Shown here one piece after another: positions 23,384-38,962 of a DNA stretch of 64,000 nt (position 1 is its first letter; each line of letters starts with the position of its first letter). The stretch is from Octopus vulgaris (taxonomy: Eukaryota): NCBI GenBank assembly GCA_951406725.2, contig OX597819.1, forward strand, positions 74,338,001-74,402,000. The letters are read 5' to 3'. A program made the translations under genes and the position numbers. The notes beneath the pieces are model-generated. The model was not told the origin of the DNA. It saw nothing but the letters and a program-made list of their open reading frames with translations, and made no database searches.

Positions 23384-25109
23384 TCACACGCACACAAGGT
23401 TTATTAAATAGTTACACGCTGTGTGCAGTTAAGCGGGGAAACTATTGATATGGTTAAGTAGCGTGAAATGACATGCAATCAGAGCTTAGATTTCTCTGAC
23501 TACAGTTCAGAGTTTCACGGTTCCGCTTGTCTGGCGACGATGGTGAAACAGTTGAAAGTATATTTAGACGCCTAATACAACAATTCTTCTTCAAAAAGTT
23601 ACAGATACTCTTACCTGTCAAAAATAGCGATCATCAAATGTATGATTATAATAAACTTAGTTACATTTTCCTGCCAAGCTTCACGTCACAATTAGGTAAT
23701 ATCAATGTTAGAAACCTATCATATCATTCTATTTTTAGCCTCTTCTTGACATGCAGTTGCACCTTTCCTGCAAGATACCCGTTAAACTACTTTTTACTTT
23801 CCAGAATTTCTAGTATGTTTTTCTGACATTTTCACCAACACCAACTCAAAGACTTGTGTCAGATTAAGTGCAAGCTCAATCAAATAATGATTTAAACAGC
23901 ACGATCATTCTTTCAAATAGGTCGAAAGAAATGCAGTATTTTGTCCAACTCGTTTGTGTGTGCGCGTGTGTGGATGGGTATGTGTGTGTGTGTGCGGGTG
24001 GGCGTGTTTGGGGGTGGGAGTCGTGCGTGAGTGTGTGTGCAAGTATGTGTGTGAGGTTCATCTGAACACGCTCAAGCTATGCACCCTTAAACCACATTAA
24101 CGCTGCAACCACTAATTCCACCCACATGGTGAACCAAAATATAAAATAGTTTGAAAACGAAACAAATATTATACTTATAGTTTTTCTTCTCAACACCCAC
24201 GGCCCATTTTCTTATATAGGGCTTGGCTCTTTGACTACGAAGTTTGCTTGGCAGTTGCGTAGTTTCAAGTTCAAAACTACTTCGCGGTAATTCTGTTACC
24301 AAATTCTCTGGTTAACCAAATACCTTGTGTATTTGATCGATAGGGACTTCATACAAACCCGTAGAAGATTGACTGTCCCCTTTCTAGGAGGGAGATTTAA
24401 CGGTCGCATGTTTTGTCATCCCCACCACTAGCACCACTAGATCTTTGGGCACCTTTAACGAAGTTCATTCAGTAGTAAACATTCGAACCCTGTCTCCGGT
24501 TTGAGGATAAAACTATCCCCTACTCACCTGCCTCGAAGTTCCATAAGAAGGACTCATAAGCTCAGACATTTCTTGAGTGGCTTCGCCATGAATTTTTTAT
24601 TATTTTGGGGACCAAAAAAAGGCTTTACGTCAGTTTATAAAATGGAGAGAGTTAAAGTATCGAAATAAACGCACAGCGACATTTAGTTACACACATTGCA
24701 GTTTGGTGTTCAAATCTTGCTGCGATAAAGTCCCCGGAGTAGAGGTTAGTAACAGTCAGATTTCTGCTTGTTTGGAGTATTTATGTGAATCTGAGAGAAT
24801 AAGAGGTCGAAATAGAGAAGGAGGAAAGGGAGAAAGGGGAATAGGAAAACAATGAAGGTTATGGGAAGATGTATAAAGAAAGAAACAGAGAGAAAATGTA
24901 GCAAGAGACAGAATGGAGTACAACGAAGAGCTGAAAGATTGTGTAGAGGACGAGTGGGAGGATACTGTTATGAATGCTTGTGTGTATGTGTATAGGTGTG
25001 TATGTGTATAGGTGTGTATGTGTATAGGTGTGTATGTGTATAGGTGTACTTCATCTTGTCTATGTTGAGAAGGAATGAGAAAAAAGAGATTAACACGTGA
25101 AAGACAGGC

Positions 25110-25176
<67 letters not shown>

Positions 25177-25693
25177 CAGATAGATAGATAGACAGACAGA
25201 CAAACAGACAGATAGACAGATAGATAGATTAGAGGGATGACATACATACATATATACATACTTATAAAGAGAGGGAGCTGTGCCACTACAATTCTGTCTT
25301 CTAATATGGAAAGATTATTGAAGTTGCTGCTATTACCATGGCTTCATTGCATAATTGGCACATTCCTTCTTAGCGCAAAGTACTTTCTTAGCGACATCAG
25401 AGCGTCTTAGACTAATCTGAAAACAAAGAATCTTCATCTCCGTTAGAATGGTGCTGCTGCTAGCTAATCAAGTTGAATGAAGGAAGAATTAAGTAATCTT
25501 GTTAGCGAAGTGCTTGTCTGTTTGTTTGTTTGTTGTTGTTGTTGGTCGATTTTCTTTTCTTTTTCAGAAACCAAGTTATTGTTCATGTTCATCAATGATG
25601 GACGGATTTCTTCGGGAGGTAGTTAGAGAATAAGATGGATGGATAAAGATTGATAGTCTATAGAGATACGCACGTATGCACATATGTAAGTAT

Positions 25694-25764
<71 letters not shown>

Positions 25765-26015
25765 CATCGGTGCGTATGTGTGTCTGTCTGTCGTCTGTGT
25801 GTGTGTATAGGATGAGAAAGAAAAAGGAGATACAGATAATTTGTAAGCTATATTGTCTAAATAGCTGGAATATATTGCAATTAGCTTATCATACATACGT
25901 ATATAATATATACATATCATCTCCCTCTCTCTCTCTCTCTCTCTCTCTATAAATATATATATATATACACACACATCCATACATACATATATGTATGTGT
26001 GTGTGTGTGCGTGTG

Positions 26016-26078
<63 letters not shown>

Positions 26079-26224
26079 AGGTTGAGTTTAATTTCATTCT
26101 TTATTATGGAGGGTTATTATGGAGGGTTCCAAAGGGGCGATTTCTAACAAAGATTCTTCATATTTCGTTGGTAGCTTTCTGTCGTAAGATTTTGGCAAAT
26201 ATGAAATTATTACAGGTACATGGT

Positions 26225-26410
26225 ATGTGATGAGAATTTATGGAAAGGTATCCCATAGATACTCAATAGACTATTAAAGATGGAGAAGAGAAGATGTTAT
26301 AATTTTTAAAATTCATAATTTAAATTCTTTTTTTTAAATTTTAACATCTCTTCTCCATCTTTAACAGTCTGTTGATTTTCTATGGGATACCTTTCCATAA
26401 ATTCTCATCA

Positions 26411-26413
<3 letters not shown>
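26225..26413. repeat. Inverted repeat with ~80-bp arms abutting (TA)n (duplicate ~33031-33219)
   Basis: ATGTGATGAGAATTTATGGAAAGGTATCCCATAG... pairs with ...CTATGGGATACCTTTCCATAAATTCTCATCACAT. Confidence 0.85.
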
Positions 26414-26452
<39 letters not shown>

Positions 26453-26989
26453 TATATGTATGTATATATGCATGTATGTATGTATATATATATATGTGTG
26501 TGTGTGTGTATTCATATATGTGTGTGGGTGTGCGTGGGTGTGTCTTTGAGTCTGTGTTTGTCCCACCCCCATCACTGCTTGACAACCGGTGCTGGTGTAC
26601 TTACGTCCCTGCAACTTATCGGTTCGGCATAGAATAAGTATTAAGCTTAAGAAATAAGTCCTGGGGTCGATTTGTTCTATTAAAAGCTTTGAAGGCGGTG
26701 ATCCAGCATGACCCCAGTCCAATGACTGAAACAAGTAAAAGAATAATATATAAATGCATATGTACTCTGTGTGTGTGTGGGGGGGGTGTATACACTAGGG
26801 TTGCCATACGAACCTATTTTCCTGGATTTGTCCTGGACTCATGTGTCAACATTTACGCGCAGGAAGTATTCAAAAAGTCCTGCAAAAGACCAGAATTTTA
26901 GCTTTTATTACTTAAAACGATTATGTATACATAAATACATATATTCATATGTATACATAGAAACATACATACATACATACATACATACA

Positions 26990-27021
<32 letters not shown>

Positions 27022-27212
27022 GATTTCCTTTTCCATTTTTTTCTTTTTATTTTTTCAGGATGTTAGTCGAAGAAATTGACCCCAAGACTTCATTCCTGGT
27101 ACTTATTCTCTAGGTCGCTTTTTCTAACTTAGAGGGTCGTAACCACACCAGCCTCGGTTGTCAAGCGATGGTAGTGGTGGTGGGGAGGACAAACACAAAC
27201 ACACATACACAA

Positions 27213-27256
<44 letters not shown>

Positions 27257-27278
27257 ACACACACACACACATATATAG

Positions 27279-27645
27279 TGGAGGTACTATGGCCCAGTGG
27301 TTAGGGCAGCGGGCTCGCGACCGTAGGATCGCGGTTTCACTTCCTAGACCGGGCGTTGTGAGTGTTTATTGAGCGAAAACACCTATAGTTCCACGTGGCT
27401 GTACTCTTGCTGTACTTTTTCACCACAACTTTCTCTCACTCTTTCTTCCTGTTTCTGTTATAGCTGTATTTCAAAGGGCCGACCTCGTCACAAAGTATGT
27501 CACGCTGAATCTCCCCGAGAACTACGTTAAGGGTACACGTGTCTGTAGAGTGCTCAGCCAATTGCACCTTAATTTCACGAAGCAGGCTGTTCCGTTCATT
27601 GGATCAACTGGAACCCTCGTCATCGTAACCGACGGAGTGCCACGA
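27279..27645 (+). mobile_element. tRNA-derived SINE family B (duplicate ~34053-34417)
   Basis: A-box TGGCCCAGTGG, B-box-like GGTTTCACTTCC, body ...GCTGAATCTCCCCGAGAACTACGTTAAGGGTACAC... Confidence 0.8.
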
Positions 27646-28228
27646 TATATACATATAGATAGAGAGATGTACGTATAAACCCGGTCCCCCACAAGTCTGT
27701 AGTCTGTAATGAAAGACACTGTAAAGATCTCATTCAGTTTTCGTCAGCAGCTGAGTGTTGCCTACTTGTCTGGTTTGGTGCAAGTAATACGTTTTCCTCC
27801 TGTACTTAGTGCTGTTGTAGCCATATTGTAAATGGCAATTGTATACTATTATCGGCATTTATTATTCTTGTATGTCAGGCATTTCTGCATTTCTTAGTAA
27901 TTATCTGATCACTTTTGCTGTATTATTTACGCATATTGATTGCAGTCACTTGTAGCAGTGATGACCTGTTTGCTCCACCAGCTAGACAGCCAGTCTCGAA
28001 ACCAGCTCTGGCGTTTCTCGGTGTTTGCTTATGAGTTCATGGGCATATTACTGCTTGCTAATTGTAAATTTGCCGTAGTTTAATAAACCACGAACGACCT
28101 CGTCAAAATGTCCAAACGGACAAAATGTCAACTCTCTGCAAAGAGGCGAAACAAACACGCGTGTTATAAGAAAGACAAGGATGAAGGGCAAACAGAGTGT
28201 TTGATGTGCAATCACGAACTTTAAGTCG

Positions 28229-28328
28229 NNNNNNNNNNNNNNNNNNNNNNNNNNNNNNNNNNNNNNNNNNNNNNNNNNNNNNNNNNNNNNNNNNNNNNNN
28301 NNNNNNNNNNNNNNNNNNNNNNNNNNNN
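28229..28328. other. Assembly gap (100 N)
   Basis: Run of N. Confidence 0.99.
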
Positions 28329-28836
28329 CGAAAGCAAAGTATAACGACAGCCAAAGTTGTAAGAACTTCTGAAGTTTTAATGAATAAAGTCATGTGAAAC
28401 GGTTTAAAAAACATGTAAATAATTTGAAAACGAGAAAAATACTCAATGAAGCTTTTTGGCGAAAAATTGTACAAATCTGTCCTGATTAAGAGGCCTATCT
28501 GTCAGGGAAGGCATGCTCTGACATGGAATAAATAAAAATTTATAAAACACACACACACACACACGAACACACACACATACACACACACACACACACACAA
28601 ACACACACACGCGCACACACACACACACGCACTTACGCACACACACATATGTATATATGTTTGTATAGTAAGATTTAGATCAGATGAATATGGTACTTAA
28701 GTTAAAGACACCAGAATTTAGTATCCTTATAATTCAAAATGGGGTGATTTCAATCAAAATAAGCAACAAGGATATCCAGAGGTAATGCAGCTGCAATACC
28801 TCTGGATATCCTTGTTGCTTATTTTGATTATGTATG

Positions 28837-28968
<132 letters not shown>

Positions 28969-28981
28969 CATAGATACATAC

Positions 28982-29013
<32 letters not shown>

Positions 29014-29068
29014 GTATACATGCATGTATATATATATGTAATATATAAGTATGTGTGTGTGTGCATGA

Positions 29069-29131
<63 letters not shown>

Positions 29132-30170
29132 GCGTGTATGTATTCGGTGTATGCAATTGATACAGTATAAATTATAGTAGCTATCTCTGTGTCTCTCTGG
29201 CAAAAACTCACACCATCATGCCTTTCAGCTCTGTATATACGTTAGGTATGAAACAGATGGCTATTTTAGTTTAATGCTATTTCAATTGCGTTCACCGTGT
29301 TTTTATTCAATCCGACACCTTGCTATTTATAATATCAATGTATAATATTATTCATTGCTTCCTACATATCGGAGGGGACAGGTTTGGTCCTGACATGTTA
29401 CTGGTATGTGATATCATTGACAACCCGCAGAAGGCCGAAATCCCTCTGGTGATCTCGTGAATTACTGCAGAGGCGGCTTTTTTTTCTCAATCCGATACAG
29501 ATTATTTTAATATGGCGTATCCATGAAGAAAGTGTTCTGTCAGACGAGAATAACCGCATAATTGTACCTCTCAGCGGTGTATATATGTTAGATATGTCAA
29601 CATAGACGACAGATATACATACATATATGCATACATACATATACATATGAATGTGTTTGTGTCTATATATGCAAATATGTATATATACATATATAAATGT
29701 ACCTCTATACACCCATATATACACCGCTGAGAGGTACAATTATGCGGTTATTCTCGTCTGACAGAACACTTTCTTCATGGATACGCCATATTAAAATAAT
29801 CTGTATCGGATTGAGAAAAAAAGCCGCCTCTGCAGTAATTCACGAGATCACCAGAGGGATTTCTCTGGCAAAAACTCACACCATCATGCCTTGGTAGACG
29901 GAAACTGAAAGAAGCCTGTCGTATATATGTATATATATGTATGTATATGTTTGTGTGTGTTTATCTGTGTTTGTCCCCCTAGCATTGCTTGACAACCAAT
30001 TCTGGTGTGTTTACGTCCCCGTCACTTAGCGGTTCGGCAAAAGTGACCGATAGAATAAGTACTAGGCTTACAAAGAATAAGTCCCGGGGTCGATTTGCTC
30101 GACTAAAGGTGGTGCTCCAGCATGGCCGCAGTCAAATGACTGAAACAAGTAAAAGAGTAAAAAGAGTAAA

Positions 30171-30225
<55 letters not shown>

Positions 30226-31925
30226 CACTCACACGCACACAAGGTTTATTAAATAGTTACACGCTGTGTGCAGTTAAGCGGGGAAACTATTGATATGGTT
30301 AAGTAGCGTGAAATGACATGCAATCAGAGCTTAGATTTCTCTGACTACAGTTCAGAGTTTCACGGTTCCGCTTGTCTGGCGACGATGGTGAAACAGTTGA
30401 AAGTATATTTAAACGCCTAATACAACATTCTTCTTCAAAAAGTTACAGATACTCTTACCTGTCAAAAATAGTGATCATCAAATGTATGATTATAATAAAC
30501 TTAGTTACATTTTCCTGCCAAGCTTCACGTCACAATTAGGTAATATCAATGTTAGAAACCTATCATATCATTCTATTTTTAGCCTCTTCTTGACATGCAG
30601 TTGCACCTTTCCTGCAAGATACCCGTTAAACTACTTTTTACTTTCCAGAATTTCTAGTATGTTTTTCTGACATTTTCACCAAGACTTGTGTCAGATTAAG
30701 TGCAAGCTCAATCAAATAATGATTTAAACAGCACGATCATTCTTTCAAATAGGTCGAAAGAAATGCAGTATTTTGTCCAACTCGTTTGTGTGTGCGCGTG
30801 TGTGGATGGGTATGTGTGTGTGTGTGCGGGCGGGCGTGTTTGGGGGTGGGAGTCGTGCGTGAGTGTGTGTGCAAGTATGTGTGTGAGGTTCATCTGAACA
30901 CGCTCAAGCTATGCACCCTTAAACCACATTAACGCTGCAACCACTAATTCCACCCACATGGTGAACCAAAATATAAAATAGTTTGAAAACGAAACAAATA
31001 TTATACTTATAGTTTTTCTTCTCAACACCCACGGCCCATTTTCTTATATAGGGCTTGGCTCTTTGACTACGAAGTTTGCTTGGCAGTTGCGTAGTTTCAA
31101 GTTCAAAACTACTTCGCGGTAATTCTGTTACCAAATTCTCTGGTTAACCAAATACCTTGTGTATTTGATCGATAGGGACTTCATACAAACCCGTAGAAGA
31201 TTGACTGTCCCCTTTCTAGGAGGGAGATTTAACGGTCGCACGTTTTGTCATCCCCACCACTAGCACCACTAGATCTTTGGGCACCTTTAACGAAGTTCAT
31301 TCAGTAGTAAACATTCGAACCCTGTCTCCGGTTTGAGGATAAAACTATCCCCTACTCACCTGCCTCGAAGTTCCATAAGAAGGACTCATAAGCTCAGACA
31401 TTTCTTGAGTGGCTTCGCCATGAATTTTTTATTATTTTGGGGACCAAAAAAAGGCTTTACGTCAGTTTATAAAATGGAGAGAGTTAAAGTATCGAAATAA
31501 ACGCACAGCGACATTCAGTTACACACATTGCAGTTTGGTGTTCAAATCTTGCTGCGATAAAGTCCCCGGAGTAGAGGTTAGTAACAGTCAGATTTCTGCT
31601 TGTTGGAGTATTTATGTGAATCTGAGAGAATAAGAGGTCGAAATAGAGAAGGAGGAAAGGGAGAAAGGGGAATAGGAAAACAATGAAGGTTATGGGAAGA
31701 TGTATAAAGAAAGAAACAGAGAGAAAATGTAGCAAGAGACAGAATGGAGTACAACGAAGAGCTGAAAGATTGTGTAGAGGACGAGTGGGAGGATACTGTT
31801 ATGAATGCTTGTGTGTATGTGTATAGGTGTGTATGTGTATAGGTGTGTATGTGTATAGGTGTACTTCATCTTGTCTATGTTGAGAAGGAATGAGAAAAAA
31901 AGAGATTAACACGTGAAAGACAGGC

Positions 31926-31980
<55 letters not shown>

Positions 31981-32508
31981 CAGACAGATAGATAGATAGA
32001 CAGACAGACAAACAGACAGATAGACAGATAGATAGATTAGAGGGATGACATACATACATATATACATACTTATAAAGAGAGGGAGCTGTGCCACTACAAT
32101 TCTGTCTTCTAATATGGAAAGATTATTGAAGTTGCTGCTATTACCATGGCTTCATTGCATAATTGGCACATTCCTTCTTAGCGCAAAGTACTTTCTTAGC
32201 GACATCAGAGCGTCTTAGACTAATCTGAAAACAAAGAATCTTCATCTCCGTTAGAATGGTGCTGCTGCTAGCTAATCAAGTTGAATGAAGGAAGAATTAA
32301 GTAATCTTGTTAGCGAAGTGCTTGTCTGTTTGTTTGTTTGTTGTTGTTGTTGGTCGATTTTCTTTTCTTTTTCAGAAACCAAGTTATTGTTCATGTTCAT
32401 CAATGATGGACGGATTTCATCGGGAGGTAGTTAGAGAATAAGATGGATGGATAAAGATTGATAGTCTATAGAGATACGCACGTATGCACATATGTAAGTA
32501 TGGATATA

Positions 32509-32581
<73 letters not shown>

Positions 32582-32828
32582 TCGGTGCGTATGTGTGTCT
32601 GTCTGTCGTCTGTGTGTGTGTATAGGATGAGAAAGAAAAAGGAGATACAGATAATTTGTAAGCTATATTGTCTAAATAGCTGGAATATATTGCAATTAGC
32701 TTATCATACATGCGTATATAATATATACATATCATCTCCCTCTCTCTCTCTCTCTCTATAAATATATATATATATATATACACACACATCCATACATACA
32801 TATATGTATGTGTGTGTGTGTGCGTGTG

Positions 32829-32883
<55 letters not shown>

Positions 32884-33216
32884 AAGGTTGAGTTTAATTT
32901 CATTCTTTATTATGGAGGGTTATTATGGAGGGTTCCAAAGGGGCGATTTCTAACAAAGATTCTTCATATTTCGTTGGTAGCTTTCTGTCGTAAGATTTTG
33001 GCAAATATGAAATTATTACAGGTACATGGTATGTGATGAGAATTTATGGAAAGGTATCCCATAGATACTCAATAGACTATTAAAGATGGAGAAGAGAAGA
33101 TGTTATAATTTTTAAAATTCATAATTTAAATTCTTTTTTTTAAATTTTAACATCTCTTCTCCATCTTTAACAGTCTGTTGATTTTCTATGGGATACCTTT
33201 CCATAAATTCTCATCA

Positions 33217-33272
<56 letters not shown>

Positions 33273-33792
33273 ATATGCATGTATGTATGTATATATATAT
33301 ATGTGTGTGTGTGTGTATTCATATATGTGTGTGGGTGTGCGTGGGTGTGTCTTTGAGTCTGTGTTTGTCCCACCCCCATCACTGCTTGACAACCGGTGCT
33401 GGTGTACTTACGTCCCTGCAACTTATCGGTTCGGCATAGAATAAGTATTAAGCTTAAGAAATAAGTCCTGGGGTCGATTTGTTCTATTAAAAGCTTTGAA
33501 GGCGGTGATCCAGCATGACCCCAGTCCAATGACTGAAACAAGTAAAAGAATAATATATAAATGCATATGTACTCTGTGTGTGTGGGGGGTGTATACACTA
33601 AGGTTGCCATATGAACCTATTTTCCTGGATTTGTCCTGGACTCATGTGTCAACATTTACGCGCAGGAAGTATTCAAAAAGTCCTGCAAAAGACCAGAATT
33701 TTAGCTTTTATTACTTAAAACGATTATGTATACATAAATACATATATTCATATGTATACATAGAAACATACATACATACATACATACATACA

Positions 33793-33824
<32 letters not shown>

Positions 33825-34015
33825 GATTTCCTTTTCCATTTTTTTCTTTTTATTTTTTCAGGATGTTAGTCGAAGAAATTGACCCCAAGACTTCATTCCT
33901 GGTACTTATTCTCTAGGTCGCTTTTTCTAACTTAGAGGGTCGTAACCACACCAGCCTCGGTTGTCAAGCGATGGTAGTGGTGGTGGGGAGGACAAACACA
34001 AACACACATACACAA

Positions 34016-34046
<31 letters not shown>

Positions 34047-34859
34047 TATAGTGGAGGTACTATGGCCCAGTGGTTAGGGCAGCGGGCTCGCGACCGTAGG
34101 ATCGCGGTTTCACTTCCTAGACCGGGCGTTGTGAGTGTTTATTGAGCGAAAACACCTATAGTTCCACGTGGCTGTACTCTTGCTGTACTTTTTCACCACA
34201 ACTTTCTCTCACTCTTTCTTCCTGTTTCTGTTATAGCTGTATTTCAAAGGGCCGACCTCGTCACAAAGTATGTCACGCTGAATCTCCCCGAGAACTACGT
34301 TAAGGGTACACGTGTCTGTGGAGTGCTCAGCCAATTGCACCTTAATTTCACGAAGCAGGCTGTTCCGTTCATTGGATCAACTGGAACCCTCGTCATCGTA
34401 ACCGACGGAGTGCCACGATATATACATATAGATAGAGAGATGTACGTATAAACCCGGTCCCCCACAAGTCTGTAGTCTGTAATGAAAGACACTGTAAAGA
34501 TCTCATTCAGTTTTCGTCAGCAGCTGAGTGTTGCCTACTTGTCTGGTTTGGTGCAAGTAATACGTTTTCCTCCTGTACTTAGTGCTGTTGTAGCCATATT
34601 GTAAATGGCAATTATATACTATTATCGGCATTTATTATTCTTGTATGTCAGGCATTTCTGTATTTCTTAGTAATTATCTGATCACTTTTGCTGTATTATT
34701 TACGCATATTGATTGCAGTCACTTGTAGCGGTGATGACCTGTTTGCTCCACCAGCTAGACAGCCAGTCTCGAAACCAGCTCTGACGTTTCTCGGTGTTTG
34801 CTTATGAGTTCATGGGCATATTACTGCTTGCTAATTGTAAATTTGCCGTAGTTTAATAA

Positions 34860-35185
34860 ACCACGAACGACCTCGTCAAAATGTCCAAACGGACAAAATG
34901 TCAACTCTCTGCAAAGAGGCGAAACAAACACGCGTGTTATAAGAAAGACAAGGATGAAGGGCAAACAGAGTGTTTGATGTGCAATCACGAACTTTAAGTC
35001 GATTTTGCATGTGGCGGGTTTAAACAAACTTATGAAACCTGAAAAACAAAAGAGAGCATTGTGAGGAGAGAGTTTTCAAGAAAACTGACGGATTATTTTG
35101 TGACAACAGAAGGTAAAACACAAGACATTGTCACTGCTGCAGAAGGTACTCAAGCATTTCACACTGTTAAACATCACGATAGCTT

Positions 35186-35273
<88 letters not shown>

Positions 35274-35904
35274 TTTATATCCATGGATTGTTCTCTTGTT
35301 TTACTGTAAAAAACTTTCCCTGAATCAGAAGTTGTGAAGCTTTCTGATACTCGAACAAAGACAGAAATAATTGTTCCATCTTTGCTTGCACCGCATTCCA
35401 TCGATGTTCCCGAGAAAGGTCTTGGAGAAAAATAAAATTGCGATAGATAGAAGCAATCACGGTATATAAAAGCTGTTTCTTGTAATTCTTTAGTATTTTG
35501 ACAGGAAGAATAGTGAGTTGTTGAAACTGATTGAGTTCAAGAACAAAACTGCAGGTACAATTGGTAATTAAGTAAAAGAAACCCTAGAGAAAAATAAACT
35601 TTCTGAAATGTCTATGGCAGTCACAGGTGACAACTGCAACGCAGTGTTTGGAGGATTCAAACGTAATGAAGAAGGGGATAATTTTTCCAAATTTGAAGAA
35701 AATGTTGGAAAAAAAGGCCATAAACTGGAGCAGATTGTCCCGCACATATTTTAAACAACAGTGTCTATCACGGAGCAGAAATCATGAATACTGAGATAGA
35801 AAATATAATCAATAAAATTTGTCAGTAATTTCATATCTATACAGTTCGAACTGAGCAGCTGAAGGATTTCTGTGAGTTTGATGCGATTGAGTGCAGGGAA
35901 CTCC

Positions 35905-35988
<84 letters not shown>

Positions 35989-36240
35989 CTTTCATAGTAA
36001 GAGTCGCTGGCTGTTACTGTTTTCTGGCATCACACGGCTGATACAGATGTTTCCTGCTCTTAAATCCTCTCTCTCGCAAGACTACACACTCTCTGCAATT
36101 AAACAATATTTTTGGAATGAATTGTAAGACATTTACATCTGGAACGTCCGCTCGTTAATACCCTTGTTCCATACACATTTTCAAACAACAGAAATGGAAA
36201 GCAATTCTGCTGTAGAAGTTTGGAGCATGTAGAAGCTTGG
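34860..36240 (+). mobile_element. hAT-superfamily transposase relic, interrupted by two (CT)n tracts
   Basis: Fragments: VTAAEGTQAFHTVKHHDSF..SMDC, RTKTE.IV, D.SNHG, TGDNCNAVFGG, CPAHILNN, HIYTVRTEQLKDFCEF, HSKSRWL. Many stops. Possible 5' TIR TA(G/A)GGTTGCCA at 33599 (26797 in the duplicate). Confidence 0.75.
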
Positions 36241-36829
36241 TGCATGCGCCTGTAGATTGAGGGAGGAGTGGGCAACCGTGGTTTTGTGGGGTTTCCACGA
36301 GCTTTTTGGGATTTTTCATGCTTAGATATTTCTTGTTCTTGTTTTCTTATTTTCAGTGCTTACACGCCTTCATCTTACCCTGAATCATATTGTATTTGCA
36401 TCGTCCTGTACCTCAAACTCATTGTAAAGCTAAGTGTTTCTTCCGGCTCTTTCTATTTTGAATTCAAATTTCGCCAGGGTCAACTTTACCTGTCATATTT
36501 TCGGGGTCGAACTGGGAAAGAGGGTCGATGAAATTTACTTAAACATCCCTTAAAATTGCTGGCGTTGTACCAAAATTTGAAACCATAATTATTCCTGTTA
36601 TGGAATGGTGAACAAAGAGTTTAGCGGTATACGCATATATCCCTCTGCATTCCGAGTTCGAATCTCAACGGGGTCAGTTTGACATTTTTCTTCTGCAATC
36701 AGGTTCTTAGTGACAAAAGTGTTACGAGTTCGATCTGGAGTTTTAAAGAGTTTTTACAAGATACCATTTTGTCAGCTAGATACAGACAAGTTTGACACAT
36801 CAACTTAAGCATTGAGAATGGAAAGAGCA

Positions 36830-37212
36830 TGAGGCTGTGTGGTAAGAAGTTTGCTTCTCAACCACATGGTTCTGAGTTCAGTTCCACTGCGTGGCACCTT
36901 GGGCAGGTGTCTGCCACTATATCCTTGGGCTGACCAAAGCCTAGTGAGTGAATTTGACAAACGAAAACTGAAAGAAGCCCGTCATATGTGTATGTTCTTT
37001 GCGTCTGTGTTTGTCCCCCCACCCACCGCTTGACAACCTGTGATGGTTTGTTTTCGTTTCCGTAACTTAGCGGTTCGGCGAATGAGAGCGACAGAATAAG
37101 TACTAGGCTTAAAAAAAGTCCTGGGGTCGATTCAGACAACAAAGCATTCTTCAAGGTGGTACCCCAGTTTGGCCGCAGTCTAATGACTGAAGCAAGTAAA
37201 AGATAAAAGATA
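36830..37212 (+). mobile_element. SINE family A, full length
   Basis: GGCTGTGTGGTAAGAAGTTTGC head through GGTGGTACCCCAGTTTGGCCGCAGTCTAATGACTGAAGC tail. Confidence 0.8.
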
Positions 37213-37866
37213 AGACTGCACAAAGAATTTTGTCAGATGCTTTAATCATTCCCCCATGACCGCTGTCCACCTTGGAAAGATGACCGACTACGGCGAGATT
37301 TACTGACAATGTAAAGAGCTGAAGTGTATATTATGCAAAAGAATTGCGCCAATTCAAAATGCCCGCAAATAATAAGATTCTTTTTATTTTGATCGACCGC
37401 CAAAGGAATGAAAAATAAAGTCGTCTTTAGTGAGATTTGAACTCTGAACGTAGAGAGCCTGAATAAAACAAACTACAAGACATTTTGGTCCAGTACCCTA
37501 ACCATTTAGCCAAGCTAACGCTTTGCATCGCAATTTACTTCTGATCGACGTCAGAATGAAGAAAAGTAAAGTCGACTTTGGCGGGATTTGAACGCAGAAT
37601 GTAAAGAATCGGAGAAAACATGACAGACAAGACGTTTTTGTTCAATATTCTATCGCTTTTACCAATTCGCCGCCATTTTTGTCCCCTCCACCCCTATAGA
37701 GATCGATGAAATAACTACCAATCACAAAGTCGGTTCTACACTTTCGCCAAAATATGTAGAGCTGTGCCTATATTAAAAGACATCGCTGCTGCTGCTGCTA
37801 TCCCTTCTGCCGTTGCCGCAGCTGCTGCTGTTGCTACACCACCACCTCCACCACCACTGCTGCTGC

Positions 37867-37898
<32 letters not shown>

Positions 37899-38001
37899 TT
37901 GATGTTGCTAATATGTGGGCCTGTGTGGAAGCGTAAATGGGACATGTGTGCACGTATTTGTGTGTGTGCGTGTGCGTGTGTGTATGCGCGTGTGTGTGTG
38001 T

Positions 38002-38068
<67 letters not shown>

Positions 38069-38693
38069 CGTGTTTGTGTTTGTGTGTGTGAATAAGTGTG
38101 TGAATGTGTGACTGGCAAATATGCTGTCCTAGAATTTACTGCTTAAGATGTTTGGTTCCCACCATTTTACAGAGAGAGGGAAAATGAGTGGAGTAGGGGG
38201 AAGCAGAGACTGATAGATAGATGGAAAGAGAGAGAGAGAGAGAGACAGAGAGAGAGAGAGAGGGAGAGAAAGAACGAATGGGGAGGGTGAATTTGGCTGT
38301 CAAAATGAGATGGCGAGTGATTGTAGCAGAAGATCGCGAGCTTATAGTAGTAGCAGTAGGGGGAAGAGGAGAAGGAGAGCAGGAGAAGAATAGTGGGGGT
38401 GATGGTAGTGATGGTGGGGACGATGCTCGTGATGGTGGCGGTGGTGGTGGGTCTTGTTCGAAATCAGCCCTATCAAAGACGCTCCAACGATGACCACCCA
38501 GTCTTTCTTTTTCTGAGAGTGTAGGATTGTGTCCCACATTTTATTCCTTTTATTGACAGACGGGAGTCATTTGAAAACAAAAAGGTGGCGGTGGTGGCGC
38601 TAGTAGTGGTAGTGGTGGTGGTGGTGATTGCGATGGTGGAGGAACAGTGGCAATTGAATATGATAAATGGTTAAACAGTGATAAGTGGGTACA

Positions 38694-38739
<46 letters not shown>

Positions 38740-38928
38740 AAAGGGAGGTGGTGATATGTGGCGATGCGAATAGAAGAATTTATAGAGAAGGGAAAATCGA
38801 TCTGAGTGTATCAGCTGGAATATACACAAGAGGAAGAATCGCGGCTTGGCTGGTTTCTTGAAGAAAGGGTGAGTGCGTAAACCTGCTGTGACCTTTATTT
38901 GTGAATCACCACCACCACCACCACCACC

Positions 38929-38962
<34 letters not shown>

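Noticed and set aside
23485-23540. Hammerhead-like relative of 3618 on the minus strand
   Set aside because: Cleavage triplet and stem I are absent; too decayed to call.
27279-27355. SINE heads as true tRNA genes
   Set aside because: They have A/B boxes but no complete cloverleaf, and they continue into repeat bodies.
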